A stretch of 64,000 nucleotides of DNA. Origin: an uncultured Alphaproteobacteria bacterium. Its GTDB lineage: Bacteria; Pseudomonadota; Alphaproteobacteria; UBA7887. Below the pieces are notes generated by a model, which did not search any database, was not told the DNA's origin, and saw only the letters and a list, made by a program, of their open reading frames with translations. Position numbers and translations under genes: made by a program. Each line of letters opens with the position of its first letter. Positions within the stretch are counted from its first letter, which is position 1. The stretch covers positions 7,564 to 71,563 of the forward strand of contig CACETT010000002.1 in NCBI GenBank assembly GCA_902562525.1, written 5' to 3'. This document shows, piece after piece, positions 9,713-19,863 of this stretch.

Positions 9713-10621
9713 ATGAGAAACGAGCACACCAAGCAGGAGCCAGAGAAGCTGCGAATCGCCCAAACACTATCAGAGGCACTACCCTTCATGCGCCGTTTCA
9801 AAGGCAGGACGTTTGTAATTAAGTTTGGTGGTCATGCAATGGGTGATGACAATTTAGCTGATCTCTTTGCTCGAGATGTTGTGCTTCTGAAGCATGTTGG
9901 GATCAATCCGGTGGTAGTCCACGGTGGTGGGCCCCAGATAGGAAATATGCTCGAACGTCTTCGGATTAAGAGTTCTTTTGTGGATGGGCTTCGTGTCACC
10001 GACTCCGCCACAGTCGAGATTGTCGAGATGGTGCTTGCTGGCTCAATTAATAAACAAGTGGTTACAGCTATAAATAGGGCTGGGGGTTGTGCTGTGGGGT
10101 TGTCTGGCAAGGATGCAAAACTTATCAGTGCTGTACCCCTTAAAAGGACACTTAGGGATCCAGACTCTCGAATTGAAAGGGTGCTCGATCTTGGTTTTGT
10201 TGGAGATCCTAGTGACATTGATCCAACGGTTCTAAACAAGTTTGCCGCTGCAGATATTATACCGGTAATCGCCCCGATTGGTTTGGGTGAGGAAGGGCAG
10301 ACCTTTAATATTAATGCAGACACAGTCGCGGGGGCCGTAGCTTCTGCGGTTGGTGCGGCAAAGCTTGTGATGATGACTGATGTGGAAGGTCTTATGGATA
10401 GTTCCGGTCAGTTGGTGCCAAGATTGACCGAGATAGAGGCGGCCGCAATGTTACGTGATGGGACGATTTCTGGAGGCATGATTCCAAAGATTGAAACCTG
10501 CGTCGCTGCTATACAGGGGAAAACGGAGGCGGCACATATTTTAGATGGTCGTGTGCCCCATGTTTTGCTTTTAGAAATATTCACGGAACATGGTGTTGGC
10601 ACCATGATGAAGGCAGGGTAG
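9713..10621 (+). CDS. argB: Acetylglutamate kinase
   Basis: FVIKFGGHAM, PVVVHGGGPQI, NINADTVAGAVA motifs. Confidence 0.95.
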   Translation: MRNEHTKQEPEKLRIAQTLSEALPFMRRFKGRTFVIKFGGHAMGDDNLADLFARDVVLLKHVGINPVVVHGGGPQIGNMLERLRIKSSFVDGLRVTDSATVEIVEMVLAGSINKQVVTAINRAGGCAVGLSGKDAKLISAVPLKRTLRDPDSRIERVLDLGFVGDPSDIDPTVLNKFAAADIIPVIAPIGLGEEGQTFNINADTVAGAVASAVGAAKLVMMTDVEGLMDSSGQLVPRLTEIEAAAMLRDGTISGGMIPKIETCVAAIQGKTEAAHILDGRVPHVLLLEIFTEHGVGTMMKAG

Positions 10622-10711
10622 CTAAGTTTGGTGCTGGCTAGGATTTTGGGCAGTTTGCCCACTGGCTGCATGTTGCTAACTGGTTCTGTATAGGAATATT
10701 GTAGGCTTTTT

Positions 10712-11416
10712 ATGAAACAGGCTTCTACTCAGTATGAAAAAAAAATTGATGCCCGTAGGCAGCTGCCGCAATTTTGGCTGTTTGACCTTGACAACACTCT
10801 TTACCCTGCAGACTCCGACTTATTTTTGCAGATCGACGATCGTATGGGATCATACATATCCAAAATACTAAAAGTAGATCGCCGTGAGGCCCGCGTTCTG
10901 CAGAAAAGTTATTACATGAAATACGGAACCACATTATCAGGTTTGATCCAGAACCATGGGATCGATGCCGATGCGTACCTTGATTATGTCCATGAGATTG
11001 ATTTGTCAGTGATTGACCCCTCGCCAAGGCTCGACGAACTTTTAAAAAATTTGCCTGGAAAGAAGTACATTTTCACAAATGGTTCAGTTGCGCATGCTGA
11101 GAATGTAATGGCGCGGTTGGGAATATCCGAGAGATTTGTTGGGATTCAGGATATCAAGGCGAGTAACTATATTCCCAAGCCTCACCCTTCGGCATATTCT
11201 AAAATAATTTCCCGATTTGAGATCTTGCCCGAGATGAGCATCATGCTGGATGATATACCAAAGAATCTTTTGCCGGCAGCTAACCTTGGAATTACGACGG
11301 TGTGGGTGAAAAATGCCCGATGGGATAGTCATAATTTGGAGCCACATATAGATTTTGTAACAGAAAATTTAGCTGAGTGGTTGGGCCAAATCCCGAGGGC
11401 GGTGGGTGGAGTTTGA
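10712..11416 (+). CDS. Pyrimidine 5'-nucleotidase (HAD superfamily, SDT1-like)
   Basis: HAD motif I WLFDLDNTLY, cap-domain pattern, FTNGS..., later DD motif (MLDDIPKNL). Confidence 0.75.
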   Translation: MKQASTQYEKKIDARRQLPQFWLFDLDNTLYPADSDLFLQIDDRMGSYISKILKVDRREARVLQKSYYMKYGTTLSGLIQNHGIDADAYLDYVHEIDLSVIDPSPRLDELLKNLPGKKYIFTNGSVAHAENVMARLGISERFVGIQDIKASNYIPKPHPSAYSKIISRFEILPEMSIMLDDIPKNLLPAANLGITTVWVKNARWDSHNLEPHIDFVTENLAEWLGQIPRAVGGV

Positions 11417-11484
11417 GACGAGAAAACCGGCATAAAAGTCAGGCTCTAGTACATTTTTTTCGTAGCTTATAAGGTGGAACTATA

Positions 11485-12327
11485 ATGAATATTGATTACT
11501 TACAAGAAGCCATAAACAAAGCGTGGGAAGGCCGTGATCTGGTAACGCCAGAAACCGAGGGGGAGGTGCGCGATGCCGTTCAAGAATCCCTGGAGGGCTT
11601 GGATGCGGGGATTTACCGTGTTGCGGAAAAAAAGGCTGAAGGGTGGGTGGTCCACCAGTGGTTGAAAAAAGCGGTTTTACTATCGTTTCGTTTGTCCAAC
11701 ATGGAGCTAATTAGTGGTGCTCCTGGGAACGCCAACTGGTTTGATAAGGTGTCCTCAAAATTCGCCAGTTGGGAGGCGGGTGATTTTGAAAGAGCTAGCT
11801 TTAGGGCCGTACCTGGAAGTGTGGTGAGGCATTCAGCATTTATTGCCCCGGGAGTAGTACTAATGCCATCTTTTGTTAACCTTGGCGCATACGTCGACGA
11901 AGGCACAATGGTGGACACTTGGGCTACTGTTGGTTCCTGTGCCCAAATTGGAAAAAATTGTCATATTTCGGGAGGCGCTGGAATAGGCGGGGTATTAGAG
12001 CCCTTGCAGGCTGAGCCTGTGATTGTAGAAGATAATTGTTTCATAGGTGCCCGGAGTGAGGTGGCTGAGGGCGTGATCATAGAGGAAGGGTCGGTTTTAT
12101 CGATGGGGGTCTACATTGGGGCCTCCACCAAAATAATTGATCGCGATACTGGAGAGATATTCCGGGGGCGCGTCCCCGCATACTCAGTTGTGGTTCCTGG
12201 CTCCCTGCCCCCGCAGGGGATGAAAGGCTCAGCCTCTGGGCCGTCCCTCTATTGTGCTGTAATTGTAAAACGAGTGGATGCAGGAACTAGAGCAAAAACG
12301 TCGATCAATGAGCTGTTGCGGGATTAG
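11485..12327 (+). CDS. dapD: 2,3,4,5-tetrahydropyridine-2,6-dicarboxylate N-succinyltransferase
   Basis: Alphaproteobacterial DapD-like N-terminus followed by a hexapeptide-repeat left-handed beta-helix region ([34 protein letters not shown]). Confidence 0.9.
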   Translation: MNIDYLQEAINKAWEGRDLVTPETEGEVRDAVQESLEGLDAGIYRVAEKKAEGWVVHQWLKKAVLLSFRLSNMELISGAPGNANWFDKVSSKFASWEAGDFERASFRAVPGSVVRHSAFIAPGVVLMPSFVNLGAYVDEGTMVDTWATVGSCAQIGKNCHISGGAGIGGVLEPLQAEPVIVEDNCFIGARSEVAEGVIIEEGSVLSMGVYIGASTKIIDRDTGEIFRGRVPAYSVVVPGSLPPQGMKGSASGPSLYCAVIVKRVDAGTRAKTSINELLRD

Positions 12328-12372
12328 GTTAAAATTGGTTCAGCAGTCTAGGATTATTTCTGGATAGGGACT

Positions 12373-13374
12373 TCAGATGCCGCTAGAGGACCGGGCGAGT
12401 AGACTAGAAATAGTGTCATCGATATTTGCCCCTTGATGTAATATTTGCGCCACAGCCTGCATTATTGGCATGTCTATTTGAAGCCTTTGAGACAAGTTGG
12501 CTATCGAGGCAGCGGTACCAAACCCTTCCACGGTGCCGCCCGATTTAATGAGGGCACTAATTGGGGTTTGCTCTTGGCCAACACGACAGCCGAACGAGAA
12601 GTTACGAGATTGCGAGCTCGTGCAAGTGAGGACGACATCTCCTACCCCAGCTAGTTCCATCATTGACTCCGCCGATCCACCTAGCGCTGTAGTAAGGCGG
12701 CCGATTTCTGCTATTCCGCGTGTAATAATTGCTGCTATAGCATTTTGTCCTAGGGACTTTCCTTCTGCGATCCCACACGCTATGGCCAGCACGTTTTTTG
12801 TTGCGCCAGTAACCTGGGCCCCAATAGGGTCATCAGAGACATAGGTTCGAAATTGCGGGCCGCCTATGATTTTTGCCACATAAGATGCGTCGCTAGAATC
12901 CTTTGCTGCTAGCGTGATCGCAGTAGGAAGGCCCAGCGCCACCTCTCCCGCGAAAGTAGGGCCAGAGAGAACAACGGCGCGAGTACCAGGTATCGTTTCT
13001 TCTAAGACATCGGTCATTAGTAGGCCTGTGTTTTTCTCTATTCCCTTAGCGCAGAGAGTGAGCGAGGGTGGGTTCTGAAGGTGCTCCGCTAGTTGGGTTA
13101 GTCCAGAGCGCATCAGCTGTGCGGGAACAACACCGAAGATTAGTGGACAGTTACCCACTTCTTCTATGTGAGAGGTTCCTCTTATCAAGGGACTTAACGC
13201 CACGTTGGGTAGTGCAAAGGGGTGTTTATGAATATCATTTATGGAGCTGGCGATAATAGGATTAATATCCCACAGGACTACCCGATGATTATTTCGCGCG
13301 GCAACGGTTGCCAACGCAGTTCCCCAGGCGCCAGCGCCAAGTATTCCTACTTCAGTTGCTCTAGCCATTGTCAA
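12373..13374 (-). CDS. gpsA: NAD(P)H-dependent glycerol-3-phosphate dehydrogenase
   Basis: Rossmann ILGAGAWGTALA, KGIE, TKNVLAIACG, conserved GpsA C-terminal region. Confidence 0.9.
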   Translation of the reverse strand: MTMARATEVGILGAGAWGTALATVAARNNHRVVLWDINPIIASSINDIHKHPFALPNVALSPLIRGTSHIEEVGNCPLIFGVVPAQLMRSGLTQLAEHLQNPPSLTLCAKGIEKNTGLLMTDVLEETIPGTRAVVLSGPTFAGEVALGLPTAITLAAKDSSDASYVAKIIGGPQFRTYVSDDPIGAQVTGATKNVLAIACGIAEGKSLGQNAIAAIITRGIAEIGRLTTALGGSAESMMELAGVGDVVLTCTSSQSRNFSFGCRVGQEQTPISALIKSGGTVEGFGTAASIANLSQRLQIDMPIMQAVAQILHQGANIDDTISSLLARSSSGI

Positions 13375-14410
13375 TTCTTTCTAGATGCACGTGCGGCTCG
13401 GGGTCGAGAGGCCAACGAGCACGAGCAGGCGCTTGCATGCCATCCACCAATCCGAGGGAGATGCTTTCGTAGCCAACCCATGCAACCATAGCTGCATTGT
13501 CCGTGCATAGGTTTGCAGGTGGTACGATAAAATTTAAATTTAACTGGGCCGCCCTCTTTGACAGTCGGCTGCGGATGCACTTATTGGCGCCTACCCCTCC
13601 TGCTAACACTAAGCTATCGATTGGGGTGCTCTGTGGTTGATTGATAAGGGCTCGGGCATTGTCCAGGCGATCCACAAAGACGTCTGCAATCGCTTCTTGG
13701 AAGCTAGCGCACAGATCAGATAAGAGGTCTTTATCCTCACCGTGTTTTGCCACAATGTTGGCTACTGCTGTTTTTAGCCCTGAGAAGGAGAAATCGCAAC
13801 CCTTCCGGCCTTTCAGGGGCCGCGGTAGTTGGTAACGTTTTGGATCTCCCCACTGAGCTTGTTCTTCGATGGCTGGGCCTCCAGGATATCCGAGTCCTAA
13901 CATTCTGGCGACCTTATCAAAGGCTTCACCAGGGGCATCGTCTAAGGTGGTCCCTAAACGCCGATAGTTAGAGACCCCATTTACAACTAAGAATTGGCAG
14001 TGGCCGCCGGAAGCAAGAAGTAATAGGTATGGAAAACGAGTGCCGTGGGTCAATCGGGCACTCAGTGCGTGGGCTTGAAGATGGTTTGCTGCCACGAAAG
14101 GCAGGTTATGCACTAGCGCGATCGCTTTTCCCATGGTCAGGCCTACCATTAGCCCGCCAATTAAGCCGGGGCCAGCCGTTGCAGCAACGCCATCTATTTG
14201 GTTGAAGCCAACATTGGCTTCCTGCATGGCATCTTTAATTAGGGTATCTAAGTGGTGTACATGGCTGCGTGCAGCAATTTCGGGCACTACCCCTCCATAA
14301 GGACCATGTTCTGCAACCTGTGAATAGACCAAATTACTAAGAATGGTTCGGCCGTTAACTACGGCCGCTGCAGTTTCGTCACAACTAGTTTCTATGCCTA
14401 AGACAATCAT
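13361..14410 (-). CDS. tsaD: tRNA N6-adenosine threonylcarbamoyltransferase TsaD
   Basis: VLGIETSCDETAAAV, HVHHL, ASGGHCQ, GGVGANK motifs. A 14-nt overlap with the gpsA start. Confidence 0.95.
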   Translation of the reverse strand: MIVLGIETSCDETAAAVVNGRTILSNLVYSQVAEHGPYGGVVPEIAARSHVHHLDTLIKDAMQEANVGFNQIDGVAATAGPGLIGGLMVGLTMGKAIALVHNLPFVAANHLQAHALSARLTHGTRFPYLLLLASGGHCQFLVVNGVSNYRRLGTTLDDAPGEAFDKVARMLGLGYPGGPAIEEQAQWGDPKRYQLPRPLKGRKGCDFSFSGLKTAVANIVAKHGEDKDLLSDLCASFQEAIADVFVDRLDNARALINQPQSTPIDSLVLAGGVGANKCIRSRLSKRAAQLNLNFIVPPANLCTDNAAMVAWVGYESISLGLVDGMQAPARARWPLDPEPHVHLERIDNG

Positions 14411-14532
14411 TTTCTTAATACATTCAGTGTAACAGTCCTATCCTAGTGATAGGAATTCTTTTTTTACAAGGATATGTGCTACCCTTAAACACGGTGCCTT
14501 CTACCCATAACACGAAGTATGTTGGTGAAGCT

Positions 14533-15474
14533 ATGAGCGAATTGAGAAAGGTAATCCGGATAGGGACCCGAGGTAGCCCTCTTGCATTAACTCAAGCGCG
14601 GTACGTTGAAAGTCAGCTGTGCTTTTATCACACTGATCTCACTGCTGATGCTGTCAAGATTGTCCCTATCCAAACCACTGGAGATAAAATTCAGGGGAAA
14701 ACGCTCTCCATGATCGGAGGGAAGGGACTGTTCACCAAGGAGCTAGATGCTGCTCTTCTTGCCTCAGAAGTGGACATAGCTGTTCATTCGATGAAGGATA
14801 TGCCCACTGCGTTACCCAATGGAATCATAATCGGCTGCGTGTTGCCTAGGGAGGATCCTAGAGATGCTTTGATTACCCGGGATGGGGTGTCTTATGCGGA
14901 CTTGCCGCGTGATGCTGTAATCGGCAGCGCTTCTTTGCGGCGCTGTTCCCAGGTGCTTGCTCATCGACCTGATGTCCAGCTGGTGGCGTTGCGGGGAAAT
15001 GTCGAAACAAGACTCGCAAAGCTTGGGTCGGGGTTGGTAGATGCCACCTTGCTCGCTGTGGCGGGTCTGAAGAGGTTGGGGCGTACAGATGTTATCACCG
15101 AAATATTATCAACAGACGACATGTTGCCAGCTGTGGCACAGGGAGCTATTGCCGTAGTTTGTAGAGCTGGTGATGGCGAGGCCATAGAGTTTTTGCAGGA
15201 TCTGAACCATTCTGAAACGTTGTCTTCCGTAACAGCTGAACGGGCATTCCTGGAGCATCTGGACGGTTCATGTCAAACGCCTATAGCGGCTTTGGCTGAA
15301 ATAAAAGGTGCGGACAGAATGGTTCTCTCTGGGTTGTTGGCTGCCCCAGATGGTAGCAGGATCGTTAGGGGGGAAGCAGTGGGCGAAACTGCTTCTCCAG
15401 GTGAACTTGGGAGGTCACTTGGTGCGGAACTTCTTGCTGAAGCTGGTTCTGACTTTTTATTGCCTTCAAGGTGA
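14533..15474 (+). CDS. hemC: Hydroxymethylbilane synthase (porphobilinogen deaminase)
   Basis: IRIGTRGSPLALTQA, GGKGLFTKELD, HSMKDMP, RGNVETRL. I prefer ATG 14533 (MSELRK..) to the track start 14446. Confidence 0.9.
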   Translation: MSELRKVIRIGTRGSPLALTQARYVESQLCFYHTDLTADAVKIVPIQTTGDKIQGKTLSMIGGKGLFTKELDAALLASEVDIAVHSMKDMPTALPNGIIIGCVLPREDPRDALITRDGVSYADLPRDAVIGSASLRRCSQVLAHRPDVQLVALRGNVETRLAKLGSGLVDATLLAVAGLKRLGRTDVITEILSTDDMLPAVAQGAIAVVCRAGDGEAIEFLQDLNHSETLSSVTAERAFLEHLDGSCQTPIAALAEIKGADRMVLSGLLAAPDGSRIVRGEAVGETASPGELGRSLGAELLAEAGSDFLLPSR

Positions 15475-15576
15475 TTTGGATGTTTTTTATTTCTTGTTTA
15501 ATGTGGGCTGTGAGTGTCTTGGTAGCTAGCTCCTTAAGGCGAGCACGTGTGAGGTGATAATTTTCTGCCCGGTGAG

Positions 15577-16320
15577 GTGAAATTGAGGGTACTTGTCACG
15601 AGACCGGTTGGACGGGTTCCGGCAACAGTCAATGCGTTGGCAGCTTGTCGTGTCAGTGCTATCTGCGATCCAATGTTGACAGTTGAGCCTGTAGCCAATG
15701 GCAGCATTAAAATGCCTGCCTGCCAGGCGCTAGCGATTACAAGTGTGGCCGCTGCAGAATTGCTAGCTGGTTATATCTCTGATGTGACAACACCCATTTA
15801 TGCTGTGGGCGATACAACGGCGAACGCTGCTTTGCAGCATGGGTTCCAGAATGTCAGATCGGCCAAAGGGGATGTATTGACGCTGGTAGATCTTATCACA
15901 AATCTGGCAGATCCGGCGAGTGGACGGCTTCTGCATTTGGGAAGTGAGGATGTGGCTGGTGATTTAGTTGAAACTCTCCAGGTCCGTGGTTTTTGTGCAG
16001 AACATGTTGCTATTTATCGAGTACGTGAAGCGACAACATTTTTGTCCGCGACCATTTCAGCATTTAGGGAGGGTGAAGTTAGTGGGGTATTGTTTTTTTC
16101 TCCTAGATCAGCCCGAACCTTTGTGAGGTTGGTAAATTTGCGAACATATACGTTTTCCTTGAAGAGGGTGGCGGCGGTTTGTCTTAGTAATGCAGTTGCT
16201 TCCGAAATTGAAACTGTTGGGTGGGAGAAGATCGTGATCAGTGAGCGGCCGACCATGGCTAGCCTAATAGAGTTAGTTTCAGCAATTAGTAAAATGCAGA
16301 GTGGTGGCGATCGTGTCTAG
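15577..16320 (+). CDS. hemD: Uroporphyrinogen-III synthase
   Basis: 247 aa, LVTRP N-terminus, HemD-like two-lobe pattern. It sits immediately after hemC. GTG start. Confidence 0.7.
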   Translation: MKLRVLVTRPVGRVPATVNALAACRVSAICDPMLTVEPVANGSIKMPACQALAITSVAAAELLAGYISDVTTPIYAVGDTTANAALQHGFQNVRSAKGDVLTLVDLITNLADPASGRLLHLGSEDVAGDLVETLQVRGFCAEHVAIYRVREATTFLSATISAFREGEVSGVLFFSPRSARTFVRLVNLRTYTFSLKRVAAVCLSNAVASEIETVGWEKIVISERPTMASLIELVSAISKMQSGGDRV

Positions 16321-17323
16321 TGGTGAAAACGATCCTGGTGCTGGCAAGGGCAGCTCAGGTGGGCCTCCACTCGTGGCCAAAGGGGGCGTCCGAAGCAAGC
16401 GGCAGAGACTGATTGTCATTAGCCTCTTGGCAATGGCTACAATCAGCGGATTTTTGTTTGGTGGTAAGTTGGTCTGGGATGTCCAGCAGCGGCAATACTC
16501 AGAAACATTGGAACGTTTTGAGGCAGTGGATAATATATCGGTGGAGCAGGATCGCCTCAATGTGGCTTTAGCTAATTTAGGCGCCAAGTTTGAACAAATA
16601 GAGGCCAGGGCTCTCAATTTAGAGCAAAGATTTGATGTCCTCAGTGGCGAGCTGGCATCCATAGCGGAAGATGAGGGCGGCTCTCGTGAATGGGAAGCAA
16701 GATATAGACGAGTTGCATCACAGATTAGTAAATTACGTCGAGAGGTTGTTGCTGTGCAGGAAAGCAGCAGCGGACACAAGTTTTCTCAAGGGGGAGCTTT
16801 GTTGTTGTTAGCCCGTTTACGGGTTGACCTATTGCAAGGCCGTCCCTGCGGGGTTCAGCTTGAAAGTGTACGAAGTTTCTTGGGCGAGATGGAGAATCTT
16901 GCAGGGCTTTTTGAGACTTTAACGCCATTTTGTGAAAATGGGGTAATCACCAGAAGTCAATTAGAGCATGAATTTGGCTTAGTGGTTAATGATATTATGT
17001 ATGCTGCCGATGTATCAGCCGATGGGGGTTGGGGGGACCGAATACACAGTGCGTTTAGACGGCTGGTTACGATCCGCCCTATAAATCCAGGCGGCAATAG
17101 CCGAGGGCCAGCCGATATCTTGGCAAAAACAGAGGCATTTTTGATGTCTGGTAATTTGGATGATGCTCTAACCACAATTGAGAAATTAAGTCTGACAAAC
17201 AACGGGGGAGGTGTGGGTTGGATCGATTCACTCAAGCAGCGTGTTACTGCTATTGAGATAATAGACCAAATAATTGGGGTGCTTATTCAAGAAATCGAGA
17301 AGGCTTCAGGGCAAAATGACTAG
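16301..17323 (+). CDS. Mitofilin (Mic60)-domain-like membrane protein (alphaproteobacterial Mic60 / HemX-position gene)
   Basis: N-terminal TM (LIVISLLAMATISGFLFGG) and a long charged helical, coiled-coil-like middle. C-terminal segment is GWGDRIHSAFRRLVTIRP...AKTEAFLMSGNLDDALTTIEKLS...WIDSLKQRVTAIEII. It lies between hemD and a hemY-like gene. Confidence 0.55.
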   Translation: MVAIVSSGENDPGAGKGSSGGPPLVAKGGVRSKRQRLIVISLLAMATISGFLFGGKLVWDVQQRQYSETLERFEAVDNISVEQDRLNVALANLGAKFEQIEARALNLEQRFDVLSGELASIAEDEGGSREWEARYRRVASQISKLRREVVAVQESSSGHKFSQGGALLLLARLRVDLLQGRPCGVQLESVRSFLGEMENLAGLFETLTPFCENGVITRSQLEHEFGLVVNDIMYAADVSADGGWGDRIHSAFRRLVTIRPINPGGNSRGPADILAKTEAFLMSGNLDDALTTIEKLSLTNNGGGVGWIDSLKQRVTAIEIIDQIIGVLIQEIEKASGQND

Positions 17324-17341
17324 ACATCTTCGGGACGTAAT

Positions 17342-18706
17342 ATGCTTCGTATACTTATATTTTTCGGAGTAGTTTTTACGACAGCTTTCGTTGCTGTTTG
17401 GATAGCTGAGCAATCTGGGCATGTCCGTATGATCTGGGGCGGGTACCTAGTGGAGGCTTCTGTAGCGGTTTTTTTTGGGCTGGCTATTGTTGCGGTTGTT
17501 TCTTCAACACTTGTTTTCGAGCTTACCAGAATTATTTTAAGTATCCCCAAGAAACTATTTAAGGGTAGAAAGGCCAGGGCGCAGGCTAGGGGCTACAGAG
17601 CTTTGATGCGCGGAATGGTTGCTGTTGCTGCGGGCGATGCTAATGCAGCGAAAAGAGAAGCACGGCGGGTTGAGGCCCTGGATGTTGCGCGACCGCTCCG
17701 CCTCCTTCTTTCAGCTCAGAGTTCATTGCTAGCTGGGGATGAGTCAGGCGCACACGAGAGCTTCCAATCGATGCTGTCAGATCCAGAAAGCGCGTTTTTA
17801 GGGGTGAGGGGGTTGCTCGTCCAGGCACTGCGAAATGGGGAGATAGAGCGGTCGATAGACTTGGCTCGAGAAGCGTACAGGCTTAATCCAGATGCAGACT
17901 GGGTATTAAGCAACCTTATCGAATTGGAAATACGTGGAAGGAATTGGCTTGAGGCCGAAAAAGTTTTGCTTGCCGCACAGCGCCGAAAGATTATTGACTC
18001 ATTTGATTTTCGGAAACGCCTTGCTTTGATACTTTTTTACCAGGCGACATCTGTGTTGGAAGAAGGCTCTCGAAAGCGGGCAGAGCGCCTTGTGTTTCGA
18101 GCTATACGTCTGAGGCCTGGATTTTTGCCTGCAGTAAGGTTAGCGGTGGACCTGCTTCTGGATAGCGATCGTGGGAGGAGGGCCAAGCTATTGGTTAGGG
18201 AGGCCTGGGAAGTGGAGAGACATCCCGAGTTGGCTGAATTATATGTCAAAATATTTGAGCCTGAGACCTCTCTTGACCGTCTGCGCGTTTTGGAGACGTT
18301 GGTTGTTTCCAATCCTGACGATCCAGAGGCGTTACTAATAACATCGGATGCCGCACTAAATGCCTCCCTTTGGGGCGCGGCTCGGGAAAAATTGGGAAAA
18401 GTAGTGGATGTTCAGCCAGACCGGAGGCTATGTCGACTTATGGCAAGGCTAGAACAATTGGAGCACGGGAACGAAGATGCGGCTCGTCAATGGTTGCTCA
18501 AAGCCACTAAAGCAAAAGATCAGCCCCAGTGGTGTTGCGGAGTTTGCAGTTATGTAAGCCCGACCTGGACAGTGCAGTGTCCGTCTTGTCAAGCGATAGA
18601 CGCGTTGCACTGGACCTCGATCCAAAAACAGAGCACCAGCTCGTCGCAGGGTGCGCAACTACTGGAAAAAGGCCCCATTGGGAGTATTGGGGCAATAATA
18701 AAATAG
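17342..18706 (+). CDS. HemY N-terminal-domain / TPR protein with C-terminal zinc ribbon
   Basis: Two N-terminal TMs followed by GYRALMRGMVAVAAGDANAA, a HemY_N pattern. TPR-like helical repeats follow. C-terminal CCGVCSYVSPTWTVQCPSCQ is a CxxC..CxxC motif. Confidence 0.7.
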   Translation: MLRILIFFGVVFTTAFVAVWIAEQSGHVRMIWGGYLVEASVAVFFGLAIVAVVSSTLVFELTRIILSIPKKLFKGRKARAQARGYRALMRGMVAVAAGDANAAKREARRVEALDVARPLRLLLSAQSSLLAGDESGAHESFQSMLSDPESAFLGVRGLLVQALRNGEIERSIDLAREAYRLNPDADWVLSNLIELEIRGRNWLEAEKVLLAAQRRKIIDSFDFRKRLALILFYQATSVLEEGSRKRAERLVFRAIRLRPGFLPAVRLAVDLLLDSDRGRRAKLLVREAWEVERHPELAELYVKIFEPETSLDRLRVLETLVVSNPDDPEALLITSDAALNASLWGAAREKLGKVVDVQPDRRLCRLMARLEQLEHGNEDAARQWLLKATKAKDQPQWCCGVCSYVSPTWTVQCPSCQAIDALHWTSIQKQSTSSSQGAQLLEKGPIGSIGAIIK

Positions 18707-18820
18707 AGTGGTTTTGATGACATTGCTTGGTTACTTAACCCAAAGAAATTTGGTTGAATCATCTGGCGCCCACATAATAGCATCTCCGACACGGTTAGTT
18801 TTTAAAAGGGAGGGATCGGT

Positions 18821-19618
18821 TTGATGGAGTTGGAACGAGATGAGAATGGCACGGTGAGGGTCGAAGCAAAGGGAGACCTACTTTTAATCGAAATTGACCG
18901 GCCAAAAAAATTGAATGGATTTACTCCGAAGATGTTTGAAGAGCTTGGATCCGCATACAATACGTTGGAGTCCGATAAGTTTAGGTGCGGAGTGCTCCAC
19001 GCTAATGGCGACTCTTTTACTGCGGGCTTAGATCTCCCGGAGATCTTTCCCTTAATAAAGGCGGGCAAGGAGTTGGTTCCGCTGGAATACGTCGATCCAT
19101 TTGGGTTGCGCCCTCCCATGCGGACTACTCCATTGGTGGTTGCGGTGAAGGGTTACTGTTACACACTTGGGATAGAGTTAATGCTTGCAGCTGATATCGT
19201 AATTGCCGCGAATGACACGCGGTTTAGTCAGTTGGAAGTCAAACGCGGTGTGATGGCAACTGGTGGGGCCACGATACGGATGGTGGAGCGCGCCGGGTGG
19301 GGAAATGCAATGAAATTCTTGCTGACTGGGGATGAGTTTAGTGCTGACACCGCGCTAAGGATGAATTTTGTACAAGAGGTTGTAGATAGCGGTATGGAAT
19401 TAGTTCGAGCTATGGAGGTTGCAGAGAATATTGCGAGTCAGGCTCCCCTTGCGGTCAGGGCTACAATGCGCTCTGCTCAAACGGCTTTGGGAAAAAATAG
19501 TGCGGCCGCGGTGAGCGAGTTCAAGTCAGTTCAGAGTTTGTTGTTGAACTCTGTGGACGCGGTGGAAGGGCTGACTTCCTTCGTTGAACGGCGACCGGCA
19601 AAATTTATTGGCCGGTGA
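18821..19618 (+). CDS. Enoyl-CoA hydratase/isomerase (crotonase) family protein
   Basis: Crotonase fold pattern: FTAGLDL, VVAVKGYCYTLGIELMLAADIVIAANDTRFSQLEVKRGV. RBS AAGGGAGGGA. TTG 18821 or ATG 18824. Confidence 0.85.
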   Translation: MMELERDENGTVRVEAKGDLLLIEIDRPKKLNGFTPKMFEELGSAYNTLESDKFRCGVLHANGDSFTAGLDLPEIFPLIKAGKELVPLEYVDPFGLRPPMRTTPLVVAVKGYCYTLGIELMLAADIVIAANDTRFSQLEVKRGVMATGGATIRMVERAGWGNAMKFLLTGDEFSADTALRMNFVQEVVDSGMELVRAMEVAENIASQAPLAVRATMRSAQTALGKNSAAAVSEFKSVQSLLLNSVDAVEGLTSFVERRPAKFIGR

Positions 19619-19863
19619 GTTTTTCATTGCGACATCTACCAATTAACAGAAGCAGGAAGAAGTGGAGTTATTCCACAATAAAGTTGCCGTCAAATAAGAA
19701 GTTTGGCGTTGAATTTATTGATGCGTCACAAATTCTTGATTTTAAAGAACGAAGCGCCGACTGCGCTCTCAAAGGAGCTCATCTATCGCTTAACGGTTAC
19801 GCAAAAATAGCTCGGATTTTAGCTTTAAAAGACTAGGCTTTGTTTTTTAGCTAAAGGTATGTT

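Noticed and set aside
9832-10323. 163-aa minus-strand ORF
   Set aside because: It is antisense within argB and is a shadow ORF.
12761-12780. GGAAAGTCCC on the minus strand, resembling the RNase P RNA conserved GGAAAGUCC
   Set aside because: It lies inside the well-supported gpsA coding frame with none of the surrounding RNase P RNA helices. It is a chance match.
16279-16779. 166-aa minus-strand ORF
   Set aside because: It is antisense to the Mic60-like gene. It has no motifs, and the sense strand has the better protein-like pattern and synteny.
19615-19836. 73-aa ORF overlapping the crotonase stop (GTGA)
   Set aside because: It lies in an AT-rich convergent intergenic gap, has no recognisable motif, a K/S-rich composition and no convincing RBS. 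It may be a decayed remnant, but I cannot support it as a gene.
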